Shown piece after piece: positions 27,501 through 53,320 of a stretch of 57,675 nucleotides of DNA; within the stretch, counting starts at the first letter, position 1, and every line of letters starts with the position of its first letter. A program made the translations under genes and the position numbers. The notes beneath the pieces are model-generated. The model did no database searches. It saw only the letters and a list, made by a program, of their open reading frames with translations, and was not told where the DNA came from. This stretch comes from Priapulus caudatus (Eukaryota). The stretch is taken from positions 96,473 through 154,147 of the forward strand of contig NW_014577074.1 of NCBI RefSeq assembly GCF_000485595.1, read 5' to 3'.

Positions 27501-30290
27501 GGCTAGCTCTAGTACTATAGCTTGCGTTCATTAACTGCCGCCGGGCTATAGAACATTTCCAGCTAGATTTCGTAACTGCAACCTGTTACCACCTGTCCCC
27601 ACGAAAAATTGATCGCAAAACGCAAAATGATGAGGCTTTTTAACACTTATTTATCTACATGGACATCTCACCTATCTTTTTGAACACTTTCCACAACTTT
27701 ACACCATGTATTTATCTATTTATTCCTCAAAGTAAGCACTACTGGCAATTCACTACTGGCAATTTTTAAATGATGTGGCGAGCACACGAGTGACGTCACC
27801 GGATATGTAGGCAAAACACATGGCAGCTATGGTGCATGTATATATATACAATACCGGTGACGTCACGCGTGCGCTCGCCACATCATTTCAAAATTGCCAG
27901 TAGTGAATTGCCAGTAGTGCTTACTTTGAGGAATAAATGGATAAATACATAGTGTAAAGTTGTGGAAAGTGTTCAAAAAGATAGGTGAGATGTCCATGTA
28001 GATAAATAAGTGTTAAAAAGCCCGATCATTTTCCGTTTTGCGATCCATTTTTCGTGGGGACAGTCGTGGTAACAGGTTGCAGTTACGAAATCTAGCTGAA
28101 AATTTTCTATAGCCCTGCGGCAGTTAATGAACGCGGGCTATAGTCATAGAGCTAGCCGCAGGCGCACGGCACGAGTGCCGGAGGTAGGAAGGTACAATTT
28201 TTAAATCTAGACGCTCTAAAATGCTGTTTACCCTTTAGATTTATGATTTTTTGCCCTTTAGACTGGGGAGCCGTAGCGTTTTGCTACGGCAGCCCTACGG
28301 CTGTGACGCACCTGCATACATGCGTTCAGGAGCTAATAATGACAAATTTGTCATTATTAGCTCCTGATGCGTTGCGTATGTGGTTATACACCATAGATAG
28401 TGTTTGGTCCTATCACTCGCGTATATAACTATAAGCGAACCGAGTCGGTTTATAGTTAGTGTTAGGGTTAGGGTTTGGTGTAGGATTAGTGGAAGGGTTA
28501 GAGATTAGGCATGGTTCGGTAGTATGCGCCTCCCTAGACTAGCATTATATTACATTTATGTAATACAATATGAACAGCGCATGCACAACAACTGCTCGGA
28601 CGAATAGCGCATACGAACAGGTGTCCGATGCTCTGATGAATATCCACGTCCTAATATTAATATGAAGATGGGCAAAACATTGATTCTCAAGATACAAAGT
28701 ATTGAATTAAGATGTAAGAATGATTCATGAAGCTACATAATATGTGAAGTATAACGTAGGTCATTTTATGCTCTTAGTCTTAATAATAAGGACGTGGATA
28801 TTCGTCCGAGCATCGGACACCTGTTCGTATGCGCTATTCGTCCGAGCAACAACTGCGCATGCGCTGTTCATGTTGTATTACATAAATGTAATGTAATCAA
28901 GAGCATATGAAACAGGAGAGCGTACAACAGTAAAATGCTGAAACCATGTTGCAGTATTAGTCGAATTAATAAACTTTTCCCATGTTATTTTGACGATGAT
29001 CAGATGTCCTACCTTGTTCATATAAAACAAACTGCTTGTCTCTACGATGCTCCTACGCTGAGATAATGAGCGGTGAAAATCTGGTTTTTTCGCCGAAATC
29101 CCAATCAGATGACTAGGAACTGCGACCCTCTCTCGTGTGGGCGGAGTGTACGGCCCACACTGTGGCCAGTGTGTTGCTTCTGGTCGCCGCTGTGTAGCGC
29201 CATAGTGGCGCTGACTCACGTCATACTACCAGAGTTTACTATACATCCAGCGTGAGGTGGACGTGAGGTGGGCACAGGTGGGGGTCATCACTATGGCAAT
29301 CAATAACAGACGTCATTCATTCCATTTGTCAATCATTGACGGAAACACGCAAGGTTTACCAAAGTTATAACACTTCGAGAGACGGTCACAGTAACTGACT
29401 AATGTCTAGTAGGTGTTCGGCGAAAATACCAGATTTTCACCGCTCATTATCTCAGTGTACGGGCATTGTAGGGACATGCGGACACAGCTAATCAATAATA
29501 CTGCAAAAAATCGTCAAAATAAAACGGGGAAAGCTTATTAATTCGACTAATACTGCAACGTGGTTTCAGCATTTTACCGTTGTACGCTCTCCTTCCTTAT
29601 ATGCTCTTGATATAATGCTACTCTAGGGAGTCACCTACTCTCTAACCCCAACCACAACCACAACCACAACAAACCTAACGCTAACACTAACTATAAACCG
29701 ACTCGGATCTCTTATTATACTTGAGTCATAGTACCAAACACTATCTATGGTGTATAACCACATACGCATGTATGCAGGGGCGTCACAGCCGTAGGGTTGC
29801 CGTAGCAAAACGCTCATAGCAATTTAGCATTTTAGAGCGTCTAGATTTGAAAATTTTCTGGGGGTAAACCCCCCATACCCCCCCCCCTTCACACGTCCTA
29901 CCTCCGGCACTCGTGCCGTGCGCCGGCATGCAACATGAACAGCGCACACGCAACAACTGCTCGGACGAATAGCGCATACGAACAAGTGTCCGATGCTCGG
30001 ACGAATATCCACGTCGTAATAATAATACTAATACTAGTAATACTAATAGTCTTAATCTTATGGCCATTTCCATTGGCCCGTACCTGTGACAGAGCAACTT
30101 CCATCATTGGCGTTAGACCTATATTTAAATGAAACAAAGGCACAGTATCCACAATGTGCGGTGGTTTACTTTCTTTGCCTTTTTGCTTCTGTGCCAATAG
30201 TAACCCATTCAACGCACAATGTGGGTATTTAAAGACATGAAGTAAAATTTTGCAGTAACTTTGCCGATTTAACACTACACTGTCAGCCAT
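9379..30290 (-). CDS. EMC8: ER membrane protein complex subunit 8/9 (Neighbor-of-COX4 family), 5 coding exons, 202 aa
   Basis: Spliced manually with GT-AG boundaries and compatible phases: 30084-30290, 18515-18591, 17326-17395, 17040-17134, 9379-9538 (609 nt). Family motifs: KILLHVFKYPHCALNGLLL, DTVPLFH, LVIAGYYQANE, LVDFDNHLDDVSLDWTN. EMC8 versus EMC9 cannot be assigned; probably a single pro-ortholog. Confidence 0.95.
10700..11115. repeat. GT-rich (GGTG/GCTGGT) low-complexity minisatellite
   Basis: Directly visible. Confidence 0.85.
11390..11888. repeat. 56-bp minisatellite (about 9 copies)
   Basis: GCCACAGGATCCCAACTCCTACTCCCGACTACTTCTACAGATGTTGAAGC.. units start at 11685, 11741, 11797. 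Confidence 0.9.
14587..16338. mobile_element. Non-autonomous hAT (Tip100-like) element, composite with an internal duplicate left end at about 14914
   Basis: TIR CAG(G/T)GGCGTAGA; perfect 8-bp TSD AACTTGAT. Confidence 0.85.
16706..16937. mobile_element. Harbinger/Tourist-like MITE
   Basis: TIR AGCTGCGTTCACACG; 3-bp flanks ATA/ATA. Confidence 0.75.
17040..17134 (-). CDS. EMC8: EMC8/9 exon 4 (VENDKLKSEVENAAFTVYSVHDGKAKKRDVH)
   Basis: tttctag| acceptor, |gtatgt donor; 95 nt; phases fit neighbours. Confidence 0.88.
17326..17395 (-). CDS. EMC8: EMC8/9 exon 3 (PDLVSCRVTEKIAEHFGDAVLLM)
   Basis: ttttcag| acceptor, |gtaggt donor; 70 nt. Confidence 0.92.
17733..18197. mobile_element. Sola-like MITE
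   Basis: TIR GTAGCCTGTCAGA.CAAAACATGC.GTAGGACT; 4-bp TSD ATAT. Confidence 0.7.
18515..18591 (-). CDS. EMC8: EMC8/9 exon 2 (VDAYCRAKNLVIAGYYQANESFTAN)
   Basis: ctttcag| acceptor, |gtactt donor; 77 nt. Confidence 0.93.
19130..19400 (+). mobile_element. Degraded 3' remnant of a CR1/L2-type LINE (boundaries approximate)
   Basis: Frame YAAIDGWNSLPQHFR near 19225-19270 resembles the conserved WNSLP tail of ORF2. Confidence 0.4.
19814..21010. mobile_element. Non-autonomous hAT-like element with an apparent 5-bp TSD
   Basis: TIR CAGGGGTCGAAATTAG; subterminal GGTATCC/GGATACC repeats; flanks TAACA/TAACA. Confidence 0.75.
21191..21408 (-). repeat. 3' LTR (218 bp)
   Basis: tgttacg...cttaaca, direct repeat of 25862-26528; adjacent PPT AAAAGGGGAAAGA on the minus strand. 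Confidence 0.93.
22670..22848. mobile_element. Tc1/mariner (Tc2-like) MITE inserted in the Gypsy integrase
   Basis: TIR CCGTATA..TCGCGTAATAACCGC; TA TSD; removal restores GCDYLVTVD. Confidence 0.9.
24372..24381. other. Assembly gap (10 N)
   Basis: N run. Confidence 1.
25849..25861 (-). other. Primer binding site complementary to the tRNA-Leu 3' end
   Basis: Minus-strand TGGTGGCAGCGGT directly abuts the LTR; complements ...ACCGCTGCCACCA of tRNA-Leu. Confidence 0.8.
25862..26528 (-). repeat. 5' LTR, interrupted by a MITE
   Basis: Matches the 3' LTR apart from the 26004-26428 insertion and small indels. Confidence 0.92.
26004..26428. mobile_element. MITE inserted in the 5' LTR
   Basis: About 50-bp TIR ACATGCGTCTAAACAGAGGAATTGC; 8-bp TSD CTCGTGTA, single-copy in the other LTR. 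Confidence 0.9.
27060..27435. mobile_element. hAT-like MITE nested in the left TIR of copy A
   Basis: 8-bp TSD CCTGTTCG; right end ...GATCGTGACATCACTA; left end degraded. Confidence 0.75.
27504..28154. mobile_element. Foldback MITE, AcademH-like (TAG termini, 9-bp TSD)
   Basis: About 300-bp inverted arms, TAGCTCTAGT...ATAGAGCTA; TSD GCCGCAGGC. Confidence 0.85.
28790..30016. mobile_element. MULE-like non-autonomous element, copy B (opposite orientation to copy A)
   Basis: Same TIRs as copy A; 9-bp TSD TAATAATAA. Confidence 0.85.
28898..29609. mobile_element. Long-TIR MITE, P-element-like, nested in copy B
   Basis: TIR CAAGAGCATAT..GGAGAGCGTACAAC; 7-bp TSD ATGTAAT/ATATAAT; the empty site is visible in copy A. 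Confidence 0.75.
30084..30290 (-). CDS. EMC8: EMC8/9 coding exon 1 (MADSVV...EVALSQ)
   Basis: ATG at 30290; 207 nt; donor CAG|gtacgg. Confidence 0.95.
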
Positions 30291-30837
30291 TGTGGTATTG
30301 TGCTGCCGCCTATACTTCTACAACAAGCGGATAGATGAGGAACAAATAAGGTAACTTTAATTTGTTTATTACAAAATCAAGTCGTATTACAATTAAGTAG
30401 CTTGCAAGCACACGATATGAAAAATATAATAATAATAGAGAGGATGTCAATTATTTAGTAAATTTGTTAAATTTGTGATTTTTAGGAAGGGTTCTTGATC
30501 AAGCCATCGCTTTCTCAATACCAAGGCATGGCGAAAGATTTCTCTGTATTTCATTACGTGTTACAAAATTCAAAGCATTGTGTGTAATTTCCTGCTTCAG
30601 TAATAGTTCATTCATGACATTTTTCTTCAATACAGTACGTTTTTTAGTAACTACTTATTAATATGCTTAAAAATATAATCATGTTTCTGTTCTAGAGCAG
30701 AAATTGAAGGACAACTGAATCCATTTATTCGTCGCTTGGCTGTCTAGGTGCCCGCCTAGAACCCAGCCCAACAGTTTGGCATTTATTACTCCTATCTGGC
30801 GAGGTACGTCATCACCGTCAGGCCTGATTCTAAGCAG
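30291..30837. promoter_or_regulatory. Putative bidirectional promoter for EMC8/9 (-) and CK2 alpha (+), including a probable non-coding CK2 alpha first exon ending at 30837
   Basis: EMC8 ATG at 30290 reads leftward. There is a strong plus-strand donor CAG|gtaaga at 30837/30838. The CK2 ATG exon starts at an acceptor (34385), so it needs an upstream non-coding exon. Confidence 0.6.
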
Positions 30838-31494
30838 GTAAGAGTATTGAAAGCAAGCTAGACACTTATGTGTTATTGTATGTCATATTTTAGTTATAGA
30901 ATTTTTGTTTAGTTTTATTGTGAATTTCTTACCCATTTGTTATTGCTACGTATTGTATTGACACTGAGTATTGAGTATTGTGTTGGTGGTGTTGTCGAGT
31001 GTCAATCATTGCAGGCTATGTTGGTTGTAAATAGTAAACAACAATATAAGTCGCAATTTTTGATCAGAACAGCAATAATATGTTGACACATACATAGCTC
31101 TAGTAACTATAGCTCGCGTACAGTTGCCGCTGGGTTATAGGACCAGCCATTAGGGATGTGCGGGACCAACTTACTCCAGCCAGTCAGCGGGAATTATGTA
31201 TTTCCGCATGTGGAGGGGTGGGCGGGTTGTGTTGGTTGTGGACAAAAACGTTGTTGTCAAGCAGGGAATAAAATACACGGGAGCGACGAGCGATTTCGTT
31301 CTGGTAAGCTCTAAAAGTCTAAAATCGCTCTGGTAAGAACAATAACGGGAGCGATCGCCCGAGAGAAAATCGCTCCTGTGGCCTGATAAATTGAAATGTA
31401 CACAAGTAGGCCCTACATACGTACAGCGAGCGCTACATATACACCAGGATTTTATGAGATAAAAGGTTATCTCATTAACTCTGATATACACCGT

Positions 31495-32196
31495 GCTGGG
31501 TTTACACTGCCGATTATATGCAGTCAAGTTGGCGTTTTTCTTTTTTGACCCGTAGCGCGCGCGGGGCGATGTGGATATGCATTTTTGCATGTATTACATG
31601 CTGCCAGCGTGGCGCCTAAAGCAAAAATGTGTTCTCCCCTTAGGGTGGAGGGACACACTCCTGATTGCTGTTGTCTGATTGGCCACTTGGCAAAAAACCG
31701 TCCAACCCGCCTGCTCCGAGTTAGGGAAATTAGAACATGTTCTAATCTTCCGACTCACTGCTATCGATCGGCTGGACGTGCGACTTTTGCGTTTACACTG
31801 GGCCATAATAAAAATAGTGTTTGTTTGCCCTCACCCGACCGACCCGCCAAAAAAAGGCCGACTCAAAAATTTTTATTGATCTTTCCCATTCTTTTTTTTA
31901 TACAAATTTTATCACTGTACATTATATAAATCTGTAGGCAATACATTATATGTACCAAGCAAAACAAACATTCAACATAAAAGGTATCTCCACACAAGCA
32001 CACCCGAGCATGTAGACACCATGCTGAATTTGTAAAAAAAAAACTTTAAAAAGCCTACCTACCTACCCAAACTTTTCAGCCTGGGTCGGGTGAGGGCAAA
32101 CAAAGATTTTTTTAATTGTGACCCTGGCGATTGTCAGTTGCCAAACTGCCAAGTTCGTACAATTTGGCAACTCAAAATCGTCAGTGTAAACCCAGC
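31495..32196. mobile_element. Harbinger-like MITE nested in the AcademH-like element
   Basis: TIR GCTGGGTTTACACTG.CGATT; TSD not intact. Confidence 0.6.
31801..32123. mobile_element. Zator/Harbinger-like MITE (innermost nest)
   Basis: TIR GG(C/T)CA...TTTGTTTGCCCTCACCCGACC; 3-bp TSD CTG. Confidence 0.72.
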
Positions 32197-34439
32197 TTAT
32201 GTATCCGCTGCAGCTGGCGCTGGCTAGATCAACCCGCTGATGCATAATAAAATACAATTGATAATAAAAGTTATACAACAGAGTGTAAAACTAGAAACTG
32301 TTGACACTTTCATTCATATTTAAATTTAACTTGACAATAATACCAGCTGAATCCAGCTCTTGCCTTGTATTAATCTGCAATATGATGTGGTGACAATTGC
32401 ATTCATACATTGTCTGTTGAAACTATGAATGATAGTCAATGATAAATTATATGCTGACAGATGTGATGTGATGTCACAGACTCACATGCACACATCTCTG
32501 TGAGACTGTGACAAATTAACCGTGTACTTTCTTATTTTGAGACTGAAAAAAGAAGCAAACAACTGCACAGTGGTATTTTTATATAAAAAAACATTTATTT
32601 GCATCCAAACGAAAAGATAACGTGGTTCATACCGTATGTTTATTACAGAGTAACAAAACAATAAGCAATCTAGAAGTAGTGACTGTAGTGAAGCATCTGT
32701 ACATGTAGAGAGAGAAGAGTGAGAACTGAGAAGGGGAGTGGTGGACAGAATGGTAGTATGGTACTATGATAGAACTTAGAAGATCTATGGGCGAGGTCAG
32801 AGGTATCGGAGCCTCGGAGGCGGCATTGTAAATGCGAATCGATTTAAAGGATGTTTGGATCATGAGTTACAAGTGTGATTACTGATATGTAGTAATGTAA
32901 ATATAATTATAGGTACATGTATTAAACAGAAAATTTGACACACTCATGGAATTAATAATACATACAATTACATTGATGTCCCCATCCCACAAATAAATAA
33001 GAGTACATTATATATATTGATTATATTACGTATTTTTCAAAAATTTGACACTATGAAAATGGCTCTGGATACATAAAAAATGGCTCTGGAGCTTCAAAAA
33101 ATGGCTCTGGTAAATTTTTGACAAGTCAGAAAAATGGCTCTGGTGAAAAAAAAGTATTTTTTACCCTGTTGTCAATTAACAAATTAATAATAGTAATTTG
33201 TTTATCTTTCATGACAAAACTAATATTACAATCTTTTTTGATCGCTTAATTTGTTACTTGACAACAACAATGTTTTTGTCGACAACCAACCCAACCCGAC
33301 CACCCCTCGGCTCCACGTGCGGAAATACATAGTTCCCGCTCACTGGCGCTGCTGCAGCGCCGCCAAAAATGGCCATTTGAATTTCGCAAATTGAATGTTT
33401 GTTTACCAGAAATATCGCAAGTAGACCATTGCAACGATAGTTAAAGGTTAAATTTTAGTAGCTAATATAACTTGAGACATATTCATTTCGGATAAGAGGC
33501 ATTAATTGCCTACCACAGACGTTTTATAGTCGCGAATAAGCGTGAGTAAGTTGGTCCCGCGCATCCCTAATGGCTGGTCCTATAGCCCAGCGGCAACTGT
33601 ACGCGGGCAGTAGTTACTAGAGCTAGCACATACATTACTTGTACTAAACTTTTGTAGCACTCGTTATAATTAGACGAACTTTGATTATTTGGATGAACTT
33701 GATCTGAATCAGGAATTAAATAGATTATAGGGAATTTTTTTGTAAAACTAAGTGGTGGTGATTCTTTCTGCATGGTTTTTATTGCTACCACTTAATAAAT
33801 GCAAAGGACATTTTAAAATGGTTCTTTTAGTTTCACAATGGAATCGTTAAGTAAGTTGTTGCTAATACATGTAGTAAATCAGTGTTAATATATAGAATAT
33901 ATGCTGTTGTATATATTCAATTTCGGCCTGTTCAATTTGCACTATTAGGGTTATAGTGGCTTTAATGTTAGTTTCAGTGAAAAATTATTAATTTTAATTT
34001 GTACACTGAGTCATGAGTACACTCTCAAAGTGTGGGCGACACTCTCCACTTTTTAGAATAACAATACAAGCACAACCTAGTACACCAGTAGAATCCTAGA
34101 TCTGTAAAATTATACATAATTTCTTGAGATTGTAAAAAATTGCTGAGTGATTTTACAGACCTTTAATAATTTAATCTAAATGATACTACTGAATCATTCA
34201 TATTTTTATTGGTAACAGGTGGTGGAAGTAGAGAATCATATCATTATATAATAGTAGTTTTAACAAGGCTTCATAAAAAAACACAATTGTGACATTTGCA
34301 CATAGATATTCTGTGCTGCTGAATTGATAATGAGAAAACAAAAATGAAGCCGAAATATAATGAAATTCATTATTTTGCTTCCAGGATAAATCTTCTCTGT
34401 AAGCTGGCAGCATCGCGCTTTACCTTGAAGCCAAGAAGC

Positions 34440-49737
<15,298 letters not shown>

Positions 49738-52301
49738 CCACAATACTCCTGGAACCTCCACCTCCACCACCACCACCGTTACGATGACAGCGGCCACCAC
49801 CAGCAGCTGCTACCTCGCCCTCGAAGACTGTGTACATCACCGTTCGATGAGACGGCGGGCCCGTCGAGGGAATGCGGAACGAGACTTGCGGATTCACGTG
49901 GCGGTTTTCGTAACCGAACGCGTATTGGTTTTTCGCTTTGGTTGGACGCTCTCAGGAATGTTCCTGTACTGTACGCGGTGTCGCGTCCGGATGCGGCTAG
50001 TGTGGCGGGAATGCTCCTGGTCCGTACCTGCGTTGCCCACGCTGCATCCATCATTGCGTAACGTTTACAGGATCCATCCAGCATCGTTCGTGCTCAGTTC
50101 CCGCGTGTTTAAGGACGTCCTTCGATCCGTGTCCGCCGCTGCAGGATTTTGTCTGAATTTTACACGCAGCGGAATTTTCCCGTCTCCCCTGTGGACCCGC
50201 CCTAGTCTCGGTTGAAGCCTTCAGCCACGAGGGCGTTGCACTGTTGGTTGCGCGGTGGTAACGCCTGCAGAATGCTGCAGAGCAGTGGTGAGAAGTGAGG
50301 TTGACGAGCTGCGGTTTCTAGCGTCGAGGGGGCATCGGTCGATGGATGTTAAGAACCGGCACCCTCCCGTCTCCTCTACAAACGCGCGCATCGCGTAAAA
50401 GTTTTTAGTACGGCACGGTGTATTTAAGTTGTGCGTCACGTGCTCCCAGGCAACTGTCTAACGCGGATTTAGCAATGATCTATATTTGAAATGTGCTGTA
50501 TATAAAGCAGTGGTGAACGCTTTCGCTGCTGCTGCCGCTGCTGTTGATGCTGCCAGAATAGTTCGGTGTAAGCTTTGTAGGCATTTTGTATAAATTCGTG
50601 ACAATTCGACTGCAGCAAATTTAGAAATCTTACCTGGTGATTTTTGTATTGATTCGCAGCACCCCCTGTTTTCCGTTCTTGTGCAGCTTGGTGACGACAC
50701 GGGGTTATTCATTGTGTAGCGTCGTCTATTGGGCGCGAAGTGCGTGCAAGCCGGCTTCGGCAGAGAGAAACCCTCTTTCTACGGTCAATTAGTTGTAGTT
50801 GGGGAAAATACAGGTATCTGTTATTTTGTTATTTTTAAATGAATGCCGTTTCATTGCAGATGTATAGAATGTTTGCGAACATTGAGAGGAGCCCAGTCGA
50901 TGTTCCCAAGTCCGTTCGATAGATGTATACCACACACCTTGTCTATATTTTTTTCGATTTCAGAGAGAATCAACTTTCGGGTGCAACTGCCATCGCTTTA
51001 GCGTGGTGACCTGTAAAAAATGATTACCCGTCGTGTATATTATCAAGCTCGTATCATAACATGAATAGTGGAGATCGGAGAGAACATGTCCGCGTGCATT
51101 ATTTGTGCGCGCGCCGCAGCTACGTCGAAAACACTGTCGTCTCGAGCGCACTTATCCGTTTCAGCGCATCGAAAGTTCCCTCTGGAGAATCAAAATGGGC
51201 AATGGCCGTGCGTTTTTGCTCCTGCGTGCGACTGTCTGACTGTGTGTGTGCACCGAGATGCCCCTTTCATTCGCATAAAGCACACGGCCGCGCTTTCTCG
51301 ATGGCAGTGGCGCGTCAATGTCGGCTCTTTATTGTGGAAATTCCAGGCGGGCGTGACTATCGCCCGATCCCGTATAGCCAGCCGCATGCGTGACGAAAAG
51401 CCCTCGCGTTTATTTTCACCGGGTGCCCGGCTAAAGGGCCGGCCTCTCGAGAGCTCCCTATCTTGCTATCGTGCTTTGTCGGGGGCAGTTCTGAGTGTGT
51501 GTCTGTTCGCAAAAACGCGTGCGGTCATATATATATATATATATCTAATGACAAATTGTCATTATTGACAATTTGTACAAAATGACAAAATCATCATTTT
51601 GTCAATCATTTTGTCATTATTGACAAAATGACAATTTGTCAGTATTAACCCCTGATATACATACATGCCCGCGCCGGTTGTCCGCGGCAGTGTTAGACCA
51701 GCACCACCCCCGGCAGCAGCACCACTGCCACGCGAGCAGGTCAGATGCCTAGCGATCTGGGTATTTCAATATTAAAATGGCGAAGGTGCTTTTCTCTTGG
51801 CGCGACCGCCGCGATTTCCACGGTGGTCGAGAAGTTCGATCCCGATTGTCCACTGAGTCGGCTCTCCCCCATCCTCTCCCCCCGCCAGACCTGCCCAGTT
51901 TTATGTTCCTCTTTTGGTGTAGTTTGTATCTTCGACCGTGAAACTACGACGGTAATGTGTGTGTCGAGTGTCGGTGTGAGTGCCACGGAAAGCGCTATAG
52001 TGTGCGCGTTCATGTGGTTGTACGTCTACGTTTTCCTCCCCCTGCAGCAACCTTCCGAAGGAGCTTCAGCCGATTCGCGCGCGGGAATCGCCGTGGAATC
52101 GCGTCGCCTGTACTTCGTTCACCGTGCAAACAACGTACGCTGGCACCTTCCGACGGGCTGCAATCCGTAGCAGACGAGAAGGTTAGGGCTACGTGTATGA
52201 AAAATAAAACCATTATTCGTTGAGTCCGTTTATGCCGAGTTGTATACTGGCCATGGTAATCTCTGCTTTCATCAGACGTGACTGGCAACGCTTGCCACGA
52301 T

Positions 52302-52339
<38 letters not shown>

Positions 52340-52726
52340 CCAAGTGCAGCGCGGAGCTGCCGAAGAGCGAACGAACGGAAATGTAAACAAAATTATTATT
52401 GTTTCTCTTTTAGTATAAATAGTCAATTACAGTTAACGTTTATTTCTCATGAGCTGATGATTATTGTCATTCTCACTATCATTAAATGATTACAGTGGCA
52501 TAAATACTTAACTGTTGGGCTTTTTCTTACTCCGTGTCGAATCAACAACCCGCTGCACATTCTTTAGAAGCTTTACAGGTGAAATGTTTAGATGAGAAGT
52601 GCCGATCTTTCTCCTTGCTAATTTAATCGTGCAAGATTCGAACAATTTGACAACTTCCAAACAGAATTAACAAACATTATCTTTTAGTGAAGAGGGCTGT
52701 CTATATAGGGCAGTAGCGTTGCGTGA

Positions 52727-52970
52727 TTGCTGCGGTGGAGTGAGGGTGGGTGGGTGCTGCGGTGGAGTGAGGGTGCGTGAGTGCTGCGGTGGAAGGAGGG
52801 TGGGTGAGTGCTGCGGTGGAGTGAGGGTGGGTGAGTGAGTGCTGCGGTGGAGTGAGGGTGGGTGGGTGCTGCGGTGGAGTGAGGGTGGGTGAGTGCTGCG
52901 GTGGAGTGAGGGTGGGTGATTGCTGCGGTGGAGTGAGGGTGGGTGGGTGCTGCGGTGGAGTGAGGGTGGG
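52727..52970. repeat. 29-33-bp G-rich minisatellite TGCTGCGGTGGAGTGAGGGTGGGTG just after the stop codon of the C16orf78-like gene
   Basis: About 8 copies, directly visible. Confidence 0.9.
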
Positions 52971-53004
52971 ATGGGCATTATGGTGGGGTATGGGTGGGTG
53001 AGCA

Positions 53005-53320
53005 CTATGGTTCGCTATCGAACACAGCAGCAGCGACATCTGGTATCGCCGAGTGAGGATGGATTCCCACGAGCATCCCGGCATCCTCACACATCTTCTC
53101 CAGCCTCTCGACATTGTTGTCTGACAGCCGCAGGTACGTGCAGTCCAGCAGCTCCTTTGGATTGATGCCATCCGCCCACGGCCCTGGCGATTGCTCTTTC
53201 AGTCGCTGCAGGATAGCCGTCAACGTGGTCAGCTGCGCTTGAACTTTGGCCCGGAAGTCGGCGTCGTTGCCGATTAGCGGGAGCTTCCGATTGCTGGCCG
53301 GCCCAGCGACGAGTCGCCTA
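53005..53320 (-). CDS. Terminal exon of the C16orf78-like gene
   Basis: ctcacag| acceptor; open frame RRLVAGPASNRKLPLIGNDADFRAKVQAQL...VFDSEP*. Confidence 0.8.

Larger units (their letters stand above)
27022..28651. mobile_element. MULE-like non-autonomous element, copy A (contains two nested insertions)
   Basis: About 80-bp TIR GACGTGGATATTCGTCCGAGCATCGGACAC; 9-bp TSD TAATATTAA; internal TTAGGG-like repeats. Confidence 0.85.
31095..33625. mobile_element. AcademH-like non-autonomous element in the CK2 alpha 5' intron
   Basis: About 80-bp TIR TAGCTCTAGTAACTA...; 9-bp TSD ACACATACA/GCACATACA; termini shared with 27504-28154. Confidence 0.82.

Noticed and set aside
29898..30083. C-terminal part of the 130-aa ORF as part of EMC8
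   Set aside because: Lies beyond the splice donor and runs into a MULE-like TIR
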